In this document: positions 53,595-64,000 of the stretch, one piece after another | Layout of the letters: each line of letters starts with the position of its first letter | How positions within the stretch are numbered: position 1 is the first letter of the stretch | NCBI GenBank assembly: GCA_951406725.2 | Contig: OX597815.1 | Span: 168,826,001 to 168,890,000 of the forward strand | Source of the DNA: Octopus vulgaris | Taxonomy: Eukaryota | DNA length: 64,000 nucleotides | Reading direction: 5' to 3' | The notes under the pieces: generated by a model | Database searches by the model: none | The model's input: only the letters and a program-made list of their open reading frames with translations | What the model was told of the DNA's origin: nothing | Program-made: the position numbers and the translations under genes

Positions 53595-55025
53595 TCTCTT
53601 ATTATAAAAGGCAGATTTTATCTGCCTCCCTTTGGGAGTTATAGAAATCTACAATATAGGATTTCTTCAATTACAATTTACCTAGCATTTTTAAGAGTAG
53701 AATGCATCGGGTCATGCCAGGTCCAGTTTTTAAAATTTAAACTCCAATTAAGCAAAATTTACAGAAAACTCACATTCTGGTGTGTATGTCAAATGCTTTT
53801 CTTAGTCTGGTTTACAGCACACGCAAACGCACACACACAGTGTGCAACGAATAAAATGAAAGTAAATAGCGACAGAGTGATTTGAGGAAGACTAAACTGA
53901 AAGTATTTAAACCACTACTCAAAAAATAAAAAAACACAGCAAACAGAAACAAATAAATACATAACCATTTACTCCTCACACAATTTCTTCAATTAGAATT
54001 TACCTAAGATTTTTCAAAGTACTCCATTCGCTCATGCCATAATATATTTCTTTCAATTTCACCCCCAATTAAGACAAAATTCGAGAAAACTCAATATTTT
54101 AACATTTCACTCCGAAAGCATTGATGTACATGTGTGCATGTGTGTGTGTGTGTGTTTGATGGGTTGTGCGACACAGAAAGTATGGTGTGTAAGTGAAGTG
54201 CTTTTGTTAGTGTGTGTAAAGAGACAGACAGAGTGAAAGACAGAAATAACTGAAGTTTTCACTATGATATCATCACGTGCGAAAAAATTCGAAGGGTTTT
54301 GAACAATTGAGATACAGATGTCACGCCTGTATTGAAACCATTGCTAAGCTGCCGTAATTGCTTAATTAAGACTTTGTTTAAATTGAAAGGGGCAAATATG
54401 TGACGAGGTTGAAAAAAAATAACCCAGAAAAAAAAATGTACTGCTGGTATTTATATAATTCACTACTATTTTGCTACAATGTCATGAAAAAGAAAAAATT
54501 TAGGTATGTAAATCGAATTCGCCACCCCCTTTTCCCCGTTCGCGTTTGTGTAAAAAAAATTATTATTTAAGTTTTTAAAATTATTTACTTTGTTCAAAAA
54601 ATATTAATATTAATTAATTTTCAAGAATTATTTAATTTTATTCTGTAAAATAGTAATTAATTCATTTATCTGTAAATCCGCGAGGTTGTTACTCAGGCAC
54701 CTAGAATGGTAACCTTCAACTAACACTATCTCCTCCGAGACCCTGCGGCGCAAGTTGACCAAAATTGAGACTATGGTAGAAGAAGGGTTGCTCTTCCTTC
54801 CGTAGAACATAAAATTCAAATCGGACCATGTTAACACCAAAAATTATTTACATCAAAAAGATGCTTTTTTCTATGAAAATCCCTATTTTTTACGATTTTT
54901 TCACTGCTGTGTTGCCACTTTTCGGTGTATTTCGACCAGAAAAATGTTCACAAAATTTTTACTTTTCAAAATTACAATTCCAGCGGGTCGAAACAAACCC
55001 GAGCAACGCCGGGCGATACTGCTAG
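53595..55025 (+). mobile_element. Non-autonomous Helitron (~1.4 kb)
   Basis: A|TCTCTTATTATAAAAGGC start. The 3' end has a CCCGAGCAACGCCGGG hairpin, then CTAG|T at 55022-55025. Confidence 0.7.
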
Positions 55026-55088
55026 TCTATATATAAACATTTGTGTAGATGTATCTGTGTGTATATATATATATCTATATATACACAC

Positions 55089-55136
<48 letters not shown>

Positions 55137-55206
55137 GGTATATATATAAACATTTGTGTAGATGTATGTGTGTGTATATATATATATCTATATATATACA
55201 CATATA

Positions 55207-55243
<37 letters not shown>

Positions 55244-55244
<1 letters not shown>

Positions 55245-55331
55245 ATTCAAAGGGCAAGACTACTAGGTAGTCGGTCGTATATGCTATTTCTAGCATACGG
55301 CCGACTACCTAGTAGTCTTGCCCTTTGAATA
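55244..55331. repeat. Near-perfect 88-bp palindrome within a (TG)/(TA) tract
   Basis: TATTCAAAGGGCAAGACTACTAGGTAGTCGG...CCGACTACCTAGTAGTCTTGCCCTTTGAATA. Confidence 0.9.
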
Positions 55332-58206
55332 TACACATGTATTAAAATTTTCTCTGATTTTTCAGATTTTTTTGTATGCTAGGCTACTGGTTTTAAATTG
55401 ATATTAATTAAATTAATATTAAATTTATCTCCCTCATTATTTAAATATTTTTATATATTATATATATGTACGTATGCCTGTATATATGTGAGATAATAGT
55501 TTCACTGTAATAGTTTCAGTATTAAAGTGAAACTATTAAAGTGACAATATCTGACATTACAATAGAGAGATGTTATTGTTTCACTTTTGACACGTAATAC
55601 TGAAATAGTGGAGAAGATATGATATTGCTGTAAGCTTGCACTAGGCAAGAAGTTAAAAAATCATTTTGGCCTATGACACATGGACCCTAAGTATGGCATG
55701 TGTAAAATTTGAATGAAATTGGTTGCGTAGTTCTCAAGTTTTAAGGATTCACACAGACAGACAGACAGACACACATTCTCATCTTCATATATATATAGAT
55801 ATATGATGGGCTTCTTTCAGTTTCTTTCTATCAAATCTACTCACAAAGCTTTGGTCGGCTATAGCAGAAGACATCTGCCCAAGGTGCCAAACAGTGGGGA
55901 CTGAACCTGGAACCATGTGGTTGGGAAGCAAGCTTCTTACCACAAAGCTATGCCAACACCCATAAATAATAACACTTTTTTTTTTACCTTAAATATTTAA
56001 AAGGATATAAGAGCAGGTAATTCACAAGACCACAATGTCACCTGCCTTCCAGTAAACAGCCATAACAGTTTCTAGAAATGGCGTCAATAAAGTACAATTG
56101 ACATCTTCTAACAATTGATACTTGAATTTTTCCCAAGTCTTTGTTTGCAATGAGAATGCAACAGATTTAGTTTGAAAAACTGATAATGTACTTAACAAAC
56201 TGCTGATAATTTCGTTGCGTTCTTGATAATAGATTTTATTTAACATCACTTCAGTTCACCAAGGTGTTATGGATAGGCACCACATTATCTGTGAATGTTC
56301 TCAGAAGTACAATGATGTCCTATCCAGTGCAGAGATTTTTTTTCCCATCTACTTCATACCAGGAAAAAGAACAAAGTGATGCCTGCCAAGGGACACAAAG
56401 GTTCAAGGAAAATCATCGTCATCATCATCATCATCGTTTAACGTCCGCTTTCTATGCTAGCATGGGCTGGACAATTTGACTGAGGTCTGGCGAACCAGAC
56501 TGCAATCTGATCTGGCAGAGTTTCTACACTTGGATGCCCTTCCTAACGCGAACTACTCCGAGAGTGTAGTGGATGCTTTTACATGCCACCAGCATGAGGA
56601 CCAGTTTGGTGGTACTGGCAACGGCCACGCTCAAATGGTGCTTTTTATGGGCCACTGCACAGGAGCCAGTCCAGCGGCACTGGCAACGACCTCGTTCGAA
56701 TGTTTTTTTTTTCACATGCCACCAGCACAAGTGCTAGTAAAAAAAATATATTTAAATATTAAAGAGGATTTATAACAGATCCCAGTTTCTTCACCTCCTC
56801 ACTGTCGTTATCGTTTAATGTCCATTTTCCATGCTAGCATGGATTGGACGGTTTGACAAGAGCTGGCCACCCAGAGAGCTGTCCAGGCTCCAATTGTCTG
56901 TTTTCGCACAGTTTCTACAACTGGATGCCCTTCCTAACACCAACCACTTTACAGTGTGCTGGGTGCTTTTTACATGTCACTGGCACAGATGCATTTATGT
57001 GAAACCAGCATGAGTGCATTTTACGTGGATTTAAATTCTGATATTTCAGCTTATCTATCATTGTTTGCAGAGCAACAAAAATTCCTTTGTTTCAGTAAAC
57101 AATGAATTATAGAAATCATTTACATAAGAATTCATTATTGATGTTTTAAAATTGATGTGATTGTTTCTGATGTTGTTGGGCAGTATTAGTCATTCTGGAG
57201 ATACAGAGCTAATGTTGTTGTTAGTGGCGATTTACCATGTTAGTGGTGGGATTTATCATGCTAATAATGGGACTGTTCATAGTATAATTAATGGGTTTAT
57301 AGGTATTATCTTTTAGCTTTTACTTGTTTCAGTCGTTATACCGTGGCCATGCTGGGGCACTACCTTGAATTTTTAGTTGAATGAATTGACCCAAGTACTT
57401 ATTTTACTTTTTTAAGTTTGGTATTTATTCTATTGGTCACCTTTGCCAAACTGCTATGTTATGGGAATGTAAACACACCAACACCAGTTGTCAAGAAATG
57501 GGGGAACACAGACACAAAGACACACAGATATACACACACACACACACACATATATGATGGGCTTCTTTCAGTTTCCATCTGCCAAATCCACTCACAAGGT
57601 TTTGGTCAGCCTGAGGTAATCAAACTCCAACTGTATAACCTTTCAACCAGATTCACTACAACAGCAACAGAGATATATCTATAACTAGGTGCAGGAGTGG
57701 CTGTGTGGTAAATAGCTTGTTTACTAACCACATGGTTCCGGGTTCTGTCCCACTACGTGGCACCTTGGGCAAGTGTCTTCTACTATAGCCTCAGGCCAAC
57801 CAAAGCCTTGTGAGTGGATTTGGTAGACGGAAACTGAAAGAAGCTCGTTGTATATATATATGTATATGTATGTATATATGTGTCTGTGTTTGTCCCCCCA
57901 ACATCGCTTGACAACCGATGCTGGTGTGTTTACGTCCCCATAACTTAGTGGTTCGGCAAAAGAGACCAATAGAATAAGTACTAGGCTTACAAAGAATAAG
58001 TCCTGGGATCGATTTGCTTGACTAAAGGCGGTGCTCTAGCATGGCCACAGTCAAATGACTGAAACAAGTAAAAGAGTAAGTGTCTGAGTTACATATTTTT
58101 GATGGACACAATAGCAACAGTTGTCTATTGTCCTACTTTAATATATCACTTTTTATTACTATTTGACATGCTAGCATTGGTGGACTCTCTCTCTCTCTCT
58201 GCTAAC

Positions 58207-58233
58207 CATTCTTCTAGACAGTCAGAGTGCAAC
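58207..58233 (-). CDS. Candidate 27-nt microexon (phase 2/2): LHSDCLEE(W)
   Basis: It follows a 73-nt intron with a CTGACTAAT branch-like sequence and ACAG acceptor. The donor is TG|GTTAGC and the frame is preserved. Confidence 0.45.
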
Positions 58234-58306
58234 CTGTTATATTAGTCAGACAATCATAAAATTAACAACAGAAAAAGCATTGAAAAGAAACAAGCTAGAA
58301 ACTCAC

Positions 58307-58420
58307 GTTTGTGTGTTGAGACTGGTGTCTTTAACAATTCCCTCATCGCCCTCATCCTGTTCCTCTGTCGTTCCTATGGATCCTACACAAACTGCAGCAA
58401 TCTCAAAAGATTCTTTCGGC
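58307..58420 (-). CDS. Internal exon (114 nt, phase 2/2) of the same gene: PKESFEIAAVCVGSIGTTEEQDEGDEGIVKDTSLNTQ
   Basis: Acceptor TTCTTTCTTTTTTGCAATAG and donor AC|GTGAGT. It is in frame with the preceding exons. Confidence 0.75.
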
Positions 58421-58639
58421 CTATTGCAAAAAAGAAAGAAACAAAAACAACCTATATAAAAAAAACAATATACACAAAATATAAATTTCAATTCACTTTA
58501 GTCACTAATGGATGCTTGAATTGCAGGAGCTGGTCCAATAACGTGTAAACTCCAGCATTTAATCCTCAAAAGAGGACAACTTGGTGAAAAAAAAGAAAGG
58601 CCAAACTTTCTATCTTCAATTTCAATTCAGTTTCTTGAC

Positions 58640-59125
58640 AAAAATGGGCATCAAATCTGTCCCTCAGCCTCTCTGTGGCTTAATTCTTCCTCAAACTGAA
58701 GGAAAACCTCAGAAGCAGTTGTTTTGAAGACATTAAGAAGATTGAGGAGACTGTAATAAGGGTCCTGGGCACCATTTGGAGGACTTCTGTGGGGCCTTCA
58801 CGAAGTGGCTGGAGTTCTCCGACAAGGGCACTGGAGTCAGAGGATCCTACCTTGAGGGAGATTAGATTTTTGAACGACCTTAGAAATTAATATACACACA
58901 TATACAAGAGGGTGCCAAAAGGTTCTTGGCATTGGGCGAAAGAAAACACAAGAGGATCAATTAATTATGATTTTATTCAACATATTCCCCTCTCAGATTC
59001 ACGCACTTATTGCAGCAGTCCTTCAGTTTTTCTAAGCCCTGTAAAAGAACTCAGATGGTTGGGCCTCCAACCTGGCCTTTCACGATACCCTTAAAGCCAG
59101 GAACATTTCAACACTCCCTCTTGTA
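58640..59125. mobile_element. Mariner transposase 3' remnant followed by a mariner-like MITE (about 58903-59125)
   Basis: Decayed LKENLR..FED and YLEGD-type end. The MITE has TIRs TACAAGAGGGTG / CACTCCCTCTTGTA. Confidence 0.55.
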
Positions 59126-60194
59126 TATATATATATATATGAAGCAGGCTTCTTTCAGTTTCCTTCCACCAAGTCTATTCACAAGGATTTGGTTAGCCCA
59201 GGGCTGCAATAGAAGATACTTGCCCAAGGTGTTGTGAAGTGAAACTGAACTATAATCACATAGTTGGGAAGTAAGCATCTTAACCACACACCAATGCCAA
59301 CAGCTATAATTTTACAATTCAAGAATTCTACACAAATATTTACACGTTCTTCTAATCTTCCATTTTGACCCTTTTGATACCAACCTGCCTGAAACCGCCT
59401 CTGGCTCTATAACACATATGCCTTGTTTTCAAAAGTTTTGAATTAAAATCTTCCACCAAACCTTAGTCACAATTTATGTTCCTAACACTAGCTTAATGAT
59501 AACTAAGTTACTTCACTAAATTCTTTGTTATATTTAAAATTAATTGAAATAAACACAGAGCATCTCAACAGAAATATGGTTACAAAAGGGTTAAATGAGA
59601 AATTGCTCACTCATCATCATCATTTTAACATCCATTTTTCCATACCTGCATGGGTTGAACAGTTTATTGAGGTAGATTTTCTACATCTGGATGCCTTTCC
59701 TGTTGTCAAACCTCACTTGTTACCAAGCAAGGTGATATTTTCCCACAACCAGACATGTTTTGCAGAATATTGGAAATGAGTGACACTGGGATTCATTCAG
59801 TTTATCAGAATGAATCTCAGATCCTTTCACAAGGCTTTGGTTGGCCCTGGGCTACAAAAGGAGACACTTGTCCAGGGTGCCATGCAATGCAACTGAACCC
59901 AGAACAATGTGGTTGGAAAGCAAACTTCTTACCACGGAGCCATGCCTACACCTTCCACATCATCATCATCGTTTAGCATCCATTTCCATGCTAGCATGGG
60001 TTGGACGGTTCAACTGGGGTCTGGGAAGCCAGAAGGCTGCACCAGGCCCATCTCATCTGTCAATGTTTCTACAGCTGGATGCCCTTCCTAACGCCAACCA
60101 CTCTGTGAGTGTAGTGGGTGCCTTTTACGTGCCACCGGCAGAATAAATTAATCTTGTGAAAGTAGGGAAAGAACAGAAGGTATTTTGTACTTAC

Positions 60195-60296
60195 TGTTCA
60201 TTTGTGTCCAGTGTTCGAATGATATAAAGGGTTTCATAAGGCAAAGGGCCTGCAGTAAACACTGTGTACATCTGTGTTCCATTATTCATTGAAAAC
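60195..60296 (-). CDS. Internal exon (102 nt, phase 2/2) of the same gene: FSMNNGTQMYTVFTAGPLPYETLYIIRTLDTNE
   Basis: Acceptor TTTCTCTTCCAAG, donor CA|GTAAGT, open frame and non-repetitive composition. Confidence 0.75.
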
Positions 60297-61090
60297 CTTG
60301 GAAGAGAAATGCACAATATACATCTTTAGCAAAATCATTACATTAACAACTAATTTTAAAATACAAGGCTGAACAAAAAGAGGTTTGAAGATTTCACACA
60401 ATTTCAAGGAAGACAATTACATTCGTTAGCAGAAAGATAAATCACTTAAATTTTGCTACTACAACTATCTTTCCTTCTGACTAAAGGATATAAAAAACAA
60501 ACCTTTTCTAAATGCAATACTCTTTTCTTTACTTCATTAAGATTTAGTATGCTCTTGCAAACATTACTACACAATCATGAATGACACTATCTAATGGTTC
60601 TCAACCATGGTCCATATGGCTCTTGGGAGTCCACATAAGATTTTGTTGTTAAAATTTAAGTGAAATAAATTGCTTATCATCATCATCATCGTTTAGCGTC
60701 CGTTTTCCATGCTAGCATGGGTTGGACGGGTCAACTGGGGTCTGTGAAGCTGGAAGGCTTCGTCAGGCCCAGTCAGATCTGGCAGTGTTTCTACGGCTGG
60801 ATGCCCTTCCTAACGCCAACCACTCCGCGAGTGTAGTGGGTGTTTTTTACGTGCCACCTGCACAGGTGCCAGACAGAGCTGGCGAACGGCCACGAACGGA
60901 TGGTGCTTTTACGTGTCACCGGCACGGGGCCAGGCGAATAGGAGTGGCTGTGTGGTAGGTAGCTTGTTTACCAACCACAAGGTTCCAGGTTCAGTCCCAC
61001 TGCGTGGCACCTTGGGCAAGTGTCTTCTACTATAGCCTTGGGCCGACCAAAGCCTTGTGAGTGGATCAGGTAAACTGAAAGAAGCCTGTC

Positions 61091-61154
<64 letters not shown>

Positions 61155-61767
61155 GTATGTATGTGTGTGTATATGTTTGTGTGTCTGCGTTTGTCACCCT
61201 AACATTGCTTGACAACCGATGCTGGTGTGTTTACATCCCCGTAACTTAGCGGTTCGGCAAAAGAGACCAATAGAATAAGTACTAGGCTTACGAAGAATAA
61301 GTCCTGAGGTTAATTTGCTCGACTAAAGGCAGTGCTCCAGCATGGCCATAGTCACATGACTGAAACAAGTAAAAAAAGTAAAAGTCCGTTTTCCATGATG
61401 GCATGGGATGGCTGGTTTGACATGGAGCTGACCATACTTTATACTTCTATAATACACAAAATATTTTAATTTTTTTGTTTTTATACAATTCCTAATAATA
61501 TTTAATAATAAAAATATAGAAGAATTGTTTTTATATACATTGAATGGCTATGGAGGTCCAGTAGAGTAAAATAGAAATCAAAGGGGTCCCTTTGTAAAAA
61601 ATGGTTGAAAGGCACTGAACTAAACCCTTCAAAGTAGCACCCCAACATGGCCACAGCCTAAAGACTGAGACAAAACATAACAGATAGTCACAGCTATCAA
61701 TGTCTTTGATCAGCTTCGGACAATGACAACAAAATTCAATAGCCTAATAAGTAATTTGGCCATTATA

Positions 61768-62135
61768 GTTAACCCTGCACGTGTAAGAGAAGCAGGGTTA
61801 TTGTAGTCGCTTGTTTTTGTCTGTTTGTCTATGTGTTTGCAAACATACTGGAAAACGGCAAAACGGATTTTCACCAAATTTGGCAGAAATATTCATTGGG
61901 TGAGTGGCTCAAACTCATTAAATTTTGGCTTGATTATCTACAAAACTGGCAGACTGATGAATCAAAATGTTTCTTTTTCTTTGTTACATAGGCGTAAACG
62001 ATAAGCAGGGGACATAACTCATTTTGACATTTTGTTGAAATATGAATTCATCTGAGAATATATTAATAAAATTAAATTTTATTTTCTCATAGTGTGCATG
62101 CAGGGTATGCACTGCCCCTCCAATGCCTTTTTTTT
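61768..62135 (+). mobile_element. Helentron-associated (HINE/DINE-1-like) element
   Basis: 5' short inverted repeat AACCCTGC...GCAGGGTT, a GTCT-type microsatellite, a second GCAGGGTA near the 3' end and a T-run terminus. Confidence 0.45.
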
Positions 62136-62850
62136 CCATTATCATTTTTTTTCAGTTTTCACAGAACTTGTTTTGAATATCTTTTTCTTTAACTTGTTTC
62201 AGTCAATGGAGAGTAACCATGCTGGAGCACCACTTTGAAGGATATTGCTTAGTCAAATGGATGGATCAACCCTGGTACTTATTTTATTCATGTTTTAAAT
62301 CCATCAGTCTCTTTTTGCCAAACCACTAAGTTATAGGAATGTAAACAAACTTACACCGGTTCTCAACCAGGTTTTTTGTGGAGAGATGGTAGATAAACAT
62401 AAAGGCATACACAATCACACACACATTTATGTGGGCTTCCATAGGTTCTGTCAACAAAATTCGCTCATAAGACATTGAGCAGCCTGAGAGTATAGTAGGA
62501 AACAATTGCCTAAGATGCAGCAGAGTGGGACTGAACCCAAAACCACACAGTTACAAAGCAAGCATCTTAACCACACAGCTATATAGACTAAACCCACTTT
62601 ATTTGCTTGCTTTCTCACCATTTAAACTTCCCATCAAATTTCTACATCTCATCACAAATCATTCTCCTGTCCTCATATAATTTGTTTACCATTTCCTTTG
62701 GCATTTACTTTCTTGACCTTCAACTTTTTTTTTTATCATTTTCTAATATGCTTTTCTGCTTCTATAAATCCCAAAATAATTGACATAAATTTTCTTTTTA
62801 AAATACAAGTAAACTAAAAGCAAAATAATAAAATTTAAAAGAATACTTAC

Positions 62851-62886
62851 TGAGAAAATCGACAAACATATTCTTTATCATCTTTC
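62851..62886 (-). CDS. Internal exon (36 nt, phase 2/2) of an unidentified gene: KDDKEYVCRFS
   Basis: Minus-strand acceptor TTTAACAG and donor CA|GTAAGT. It joins in frame to 60195-60296. Confidence 0.65.
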
Positions 62887-64000
62887 CTGTTAAATGCAAA
62901 AAAATAATAAATAAGTAATCTTTCATATATTAACCATTTAGTATTCAGATTTCTGTGTCAAATGCAACATTTATTCTTTCTCGTTGTTTTGAATTAATCA
63001 TACATTATCTCACAGCTTTGAGATTTATTATTCATCATCATCATCATCATTTAACGTCCACTTTCCATGCTAGTATGGGTTAGACGATTTGACTGAAGAC
63101 TGGCGAACCAGATGGCTGCACCAGGCTTCCAAGCTTGATCTGGCAGAGTTTCTACAGCTAGATGCCCTTCCTAACGCCAACCACTTCGAAAGTGTAGTAG
63201 GTGCTTTTACATGCCACCAGCATGAGGGCCAGTCAGGCGGCACTGGCAATGGCCACGAAAAAATTGCATTTTATTATTATTATTATTATTATTATGCTAG
63301 CATGGAGAACGGACGTTAAACGATGATGATGATGATGATTATTATTATGGCCAGGCTATAAAGCAGCAAGCTGGTAGAATCATTAGCATGCCATAGCAAA
63401 ATGCTTAGCAGCATTTTGTCAGTTTTCACATTCCAAGTTCAAATTCTGCCAAAGTCGACTTTGCCTTTCATCCTTTTGGGATTGATAAAATATGTACCAG
63501 TTGAATACTGGGATCGATATAATCAACTTACCCCGTCTCCAAAATTCCAGGCCTTGTGCCTATAGTAAAAAAGATTATTATGAACAGGTTACAACCCAGG
63601 CCAAATCTTTTTTTTTTTTGCCCTTTCAATAGCTTAATACTGACAGAGGGTTAGACGGTTTGACTGAAACTGGGAAGCCAGAGGGCTGCACCAGGTTCTA
63701 GTCTGATTTGGCATGGTTTCTATTGTTGGATGCCCTTCCTAACACCAACCACTCCAAGGGTGTAATGGGTACTTTTTACATGCCACCAGCATGGGTACCA
63801 TTTACATGACACCAGCAACAGCCACAACTACATTCACTTGGCTTGATGAGTCTTCTCAAGCACTGCGTATCATCAACTATAAAATCAATACCATTTTTTT
63901 TTTTTGACCAGGAGGATATAGTGAGGTTATAGAACCTTGCTTCGGTTGAGAGCTCCAACATTCAAAGATCAAGCTTCATTTTTTTTTTTTTAATACTGAG

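Noticed and set aside
56022-56390. Protein-like minus-strand stretch and a possible 23-nt microexon near 56360-56382
   Set aside because: In-frame stops, no recognisable motif and no way to confirm splicing from sequence alone.

Overview
AT-rich, repeat-dense animal genomic DNA. The tRNA-headed SINE families, RTE LINE 3' ends ending in (GAT)n and long (TA)n/(CA)n tracts point to an octopus or other coleoid cephalopod (inference). Most ORFs in the supplied track are microsatellite or SINE artefacts. The main result is a three-exon + strand gene (CDS 9677-9757, 15743-16265, 18211-18419; 270 aa). It encodes a signal peptide, then a complete domain resembling the bacterial type VI secretion peptidoglycan amidase effector Tae4 (a domesticated amidase effector, dae4-like), then a highly cationic His/Lys/Arg tail. 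The position of the Tae4 catalytic Cys carries Ser (AGT), while the catalytic His motif GHVALW is kept. A second, unidentified gene contributes small phase-2 exons on the minus strand at 58-63 kb. The rest is transposon-derived: a pogo/Tigger pseudogene, a piggyBac remnant, an RTE LINE with an inserted PHD finger, an R4/Dong-type fragment split by a TTAA MITE, Helitrons, and a ~3.3 kb inverted repeat whose arms carry degenerate hammerhead-like motifs. All family assignments are by eye from remembered motifs; no search was run.
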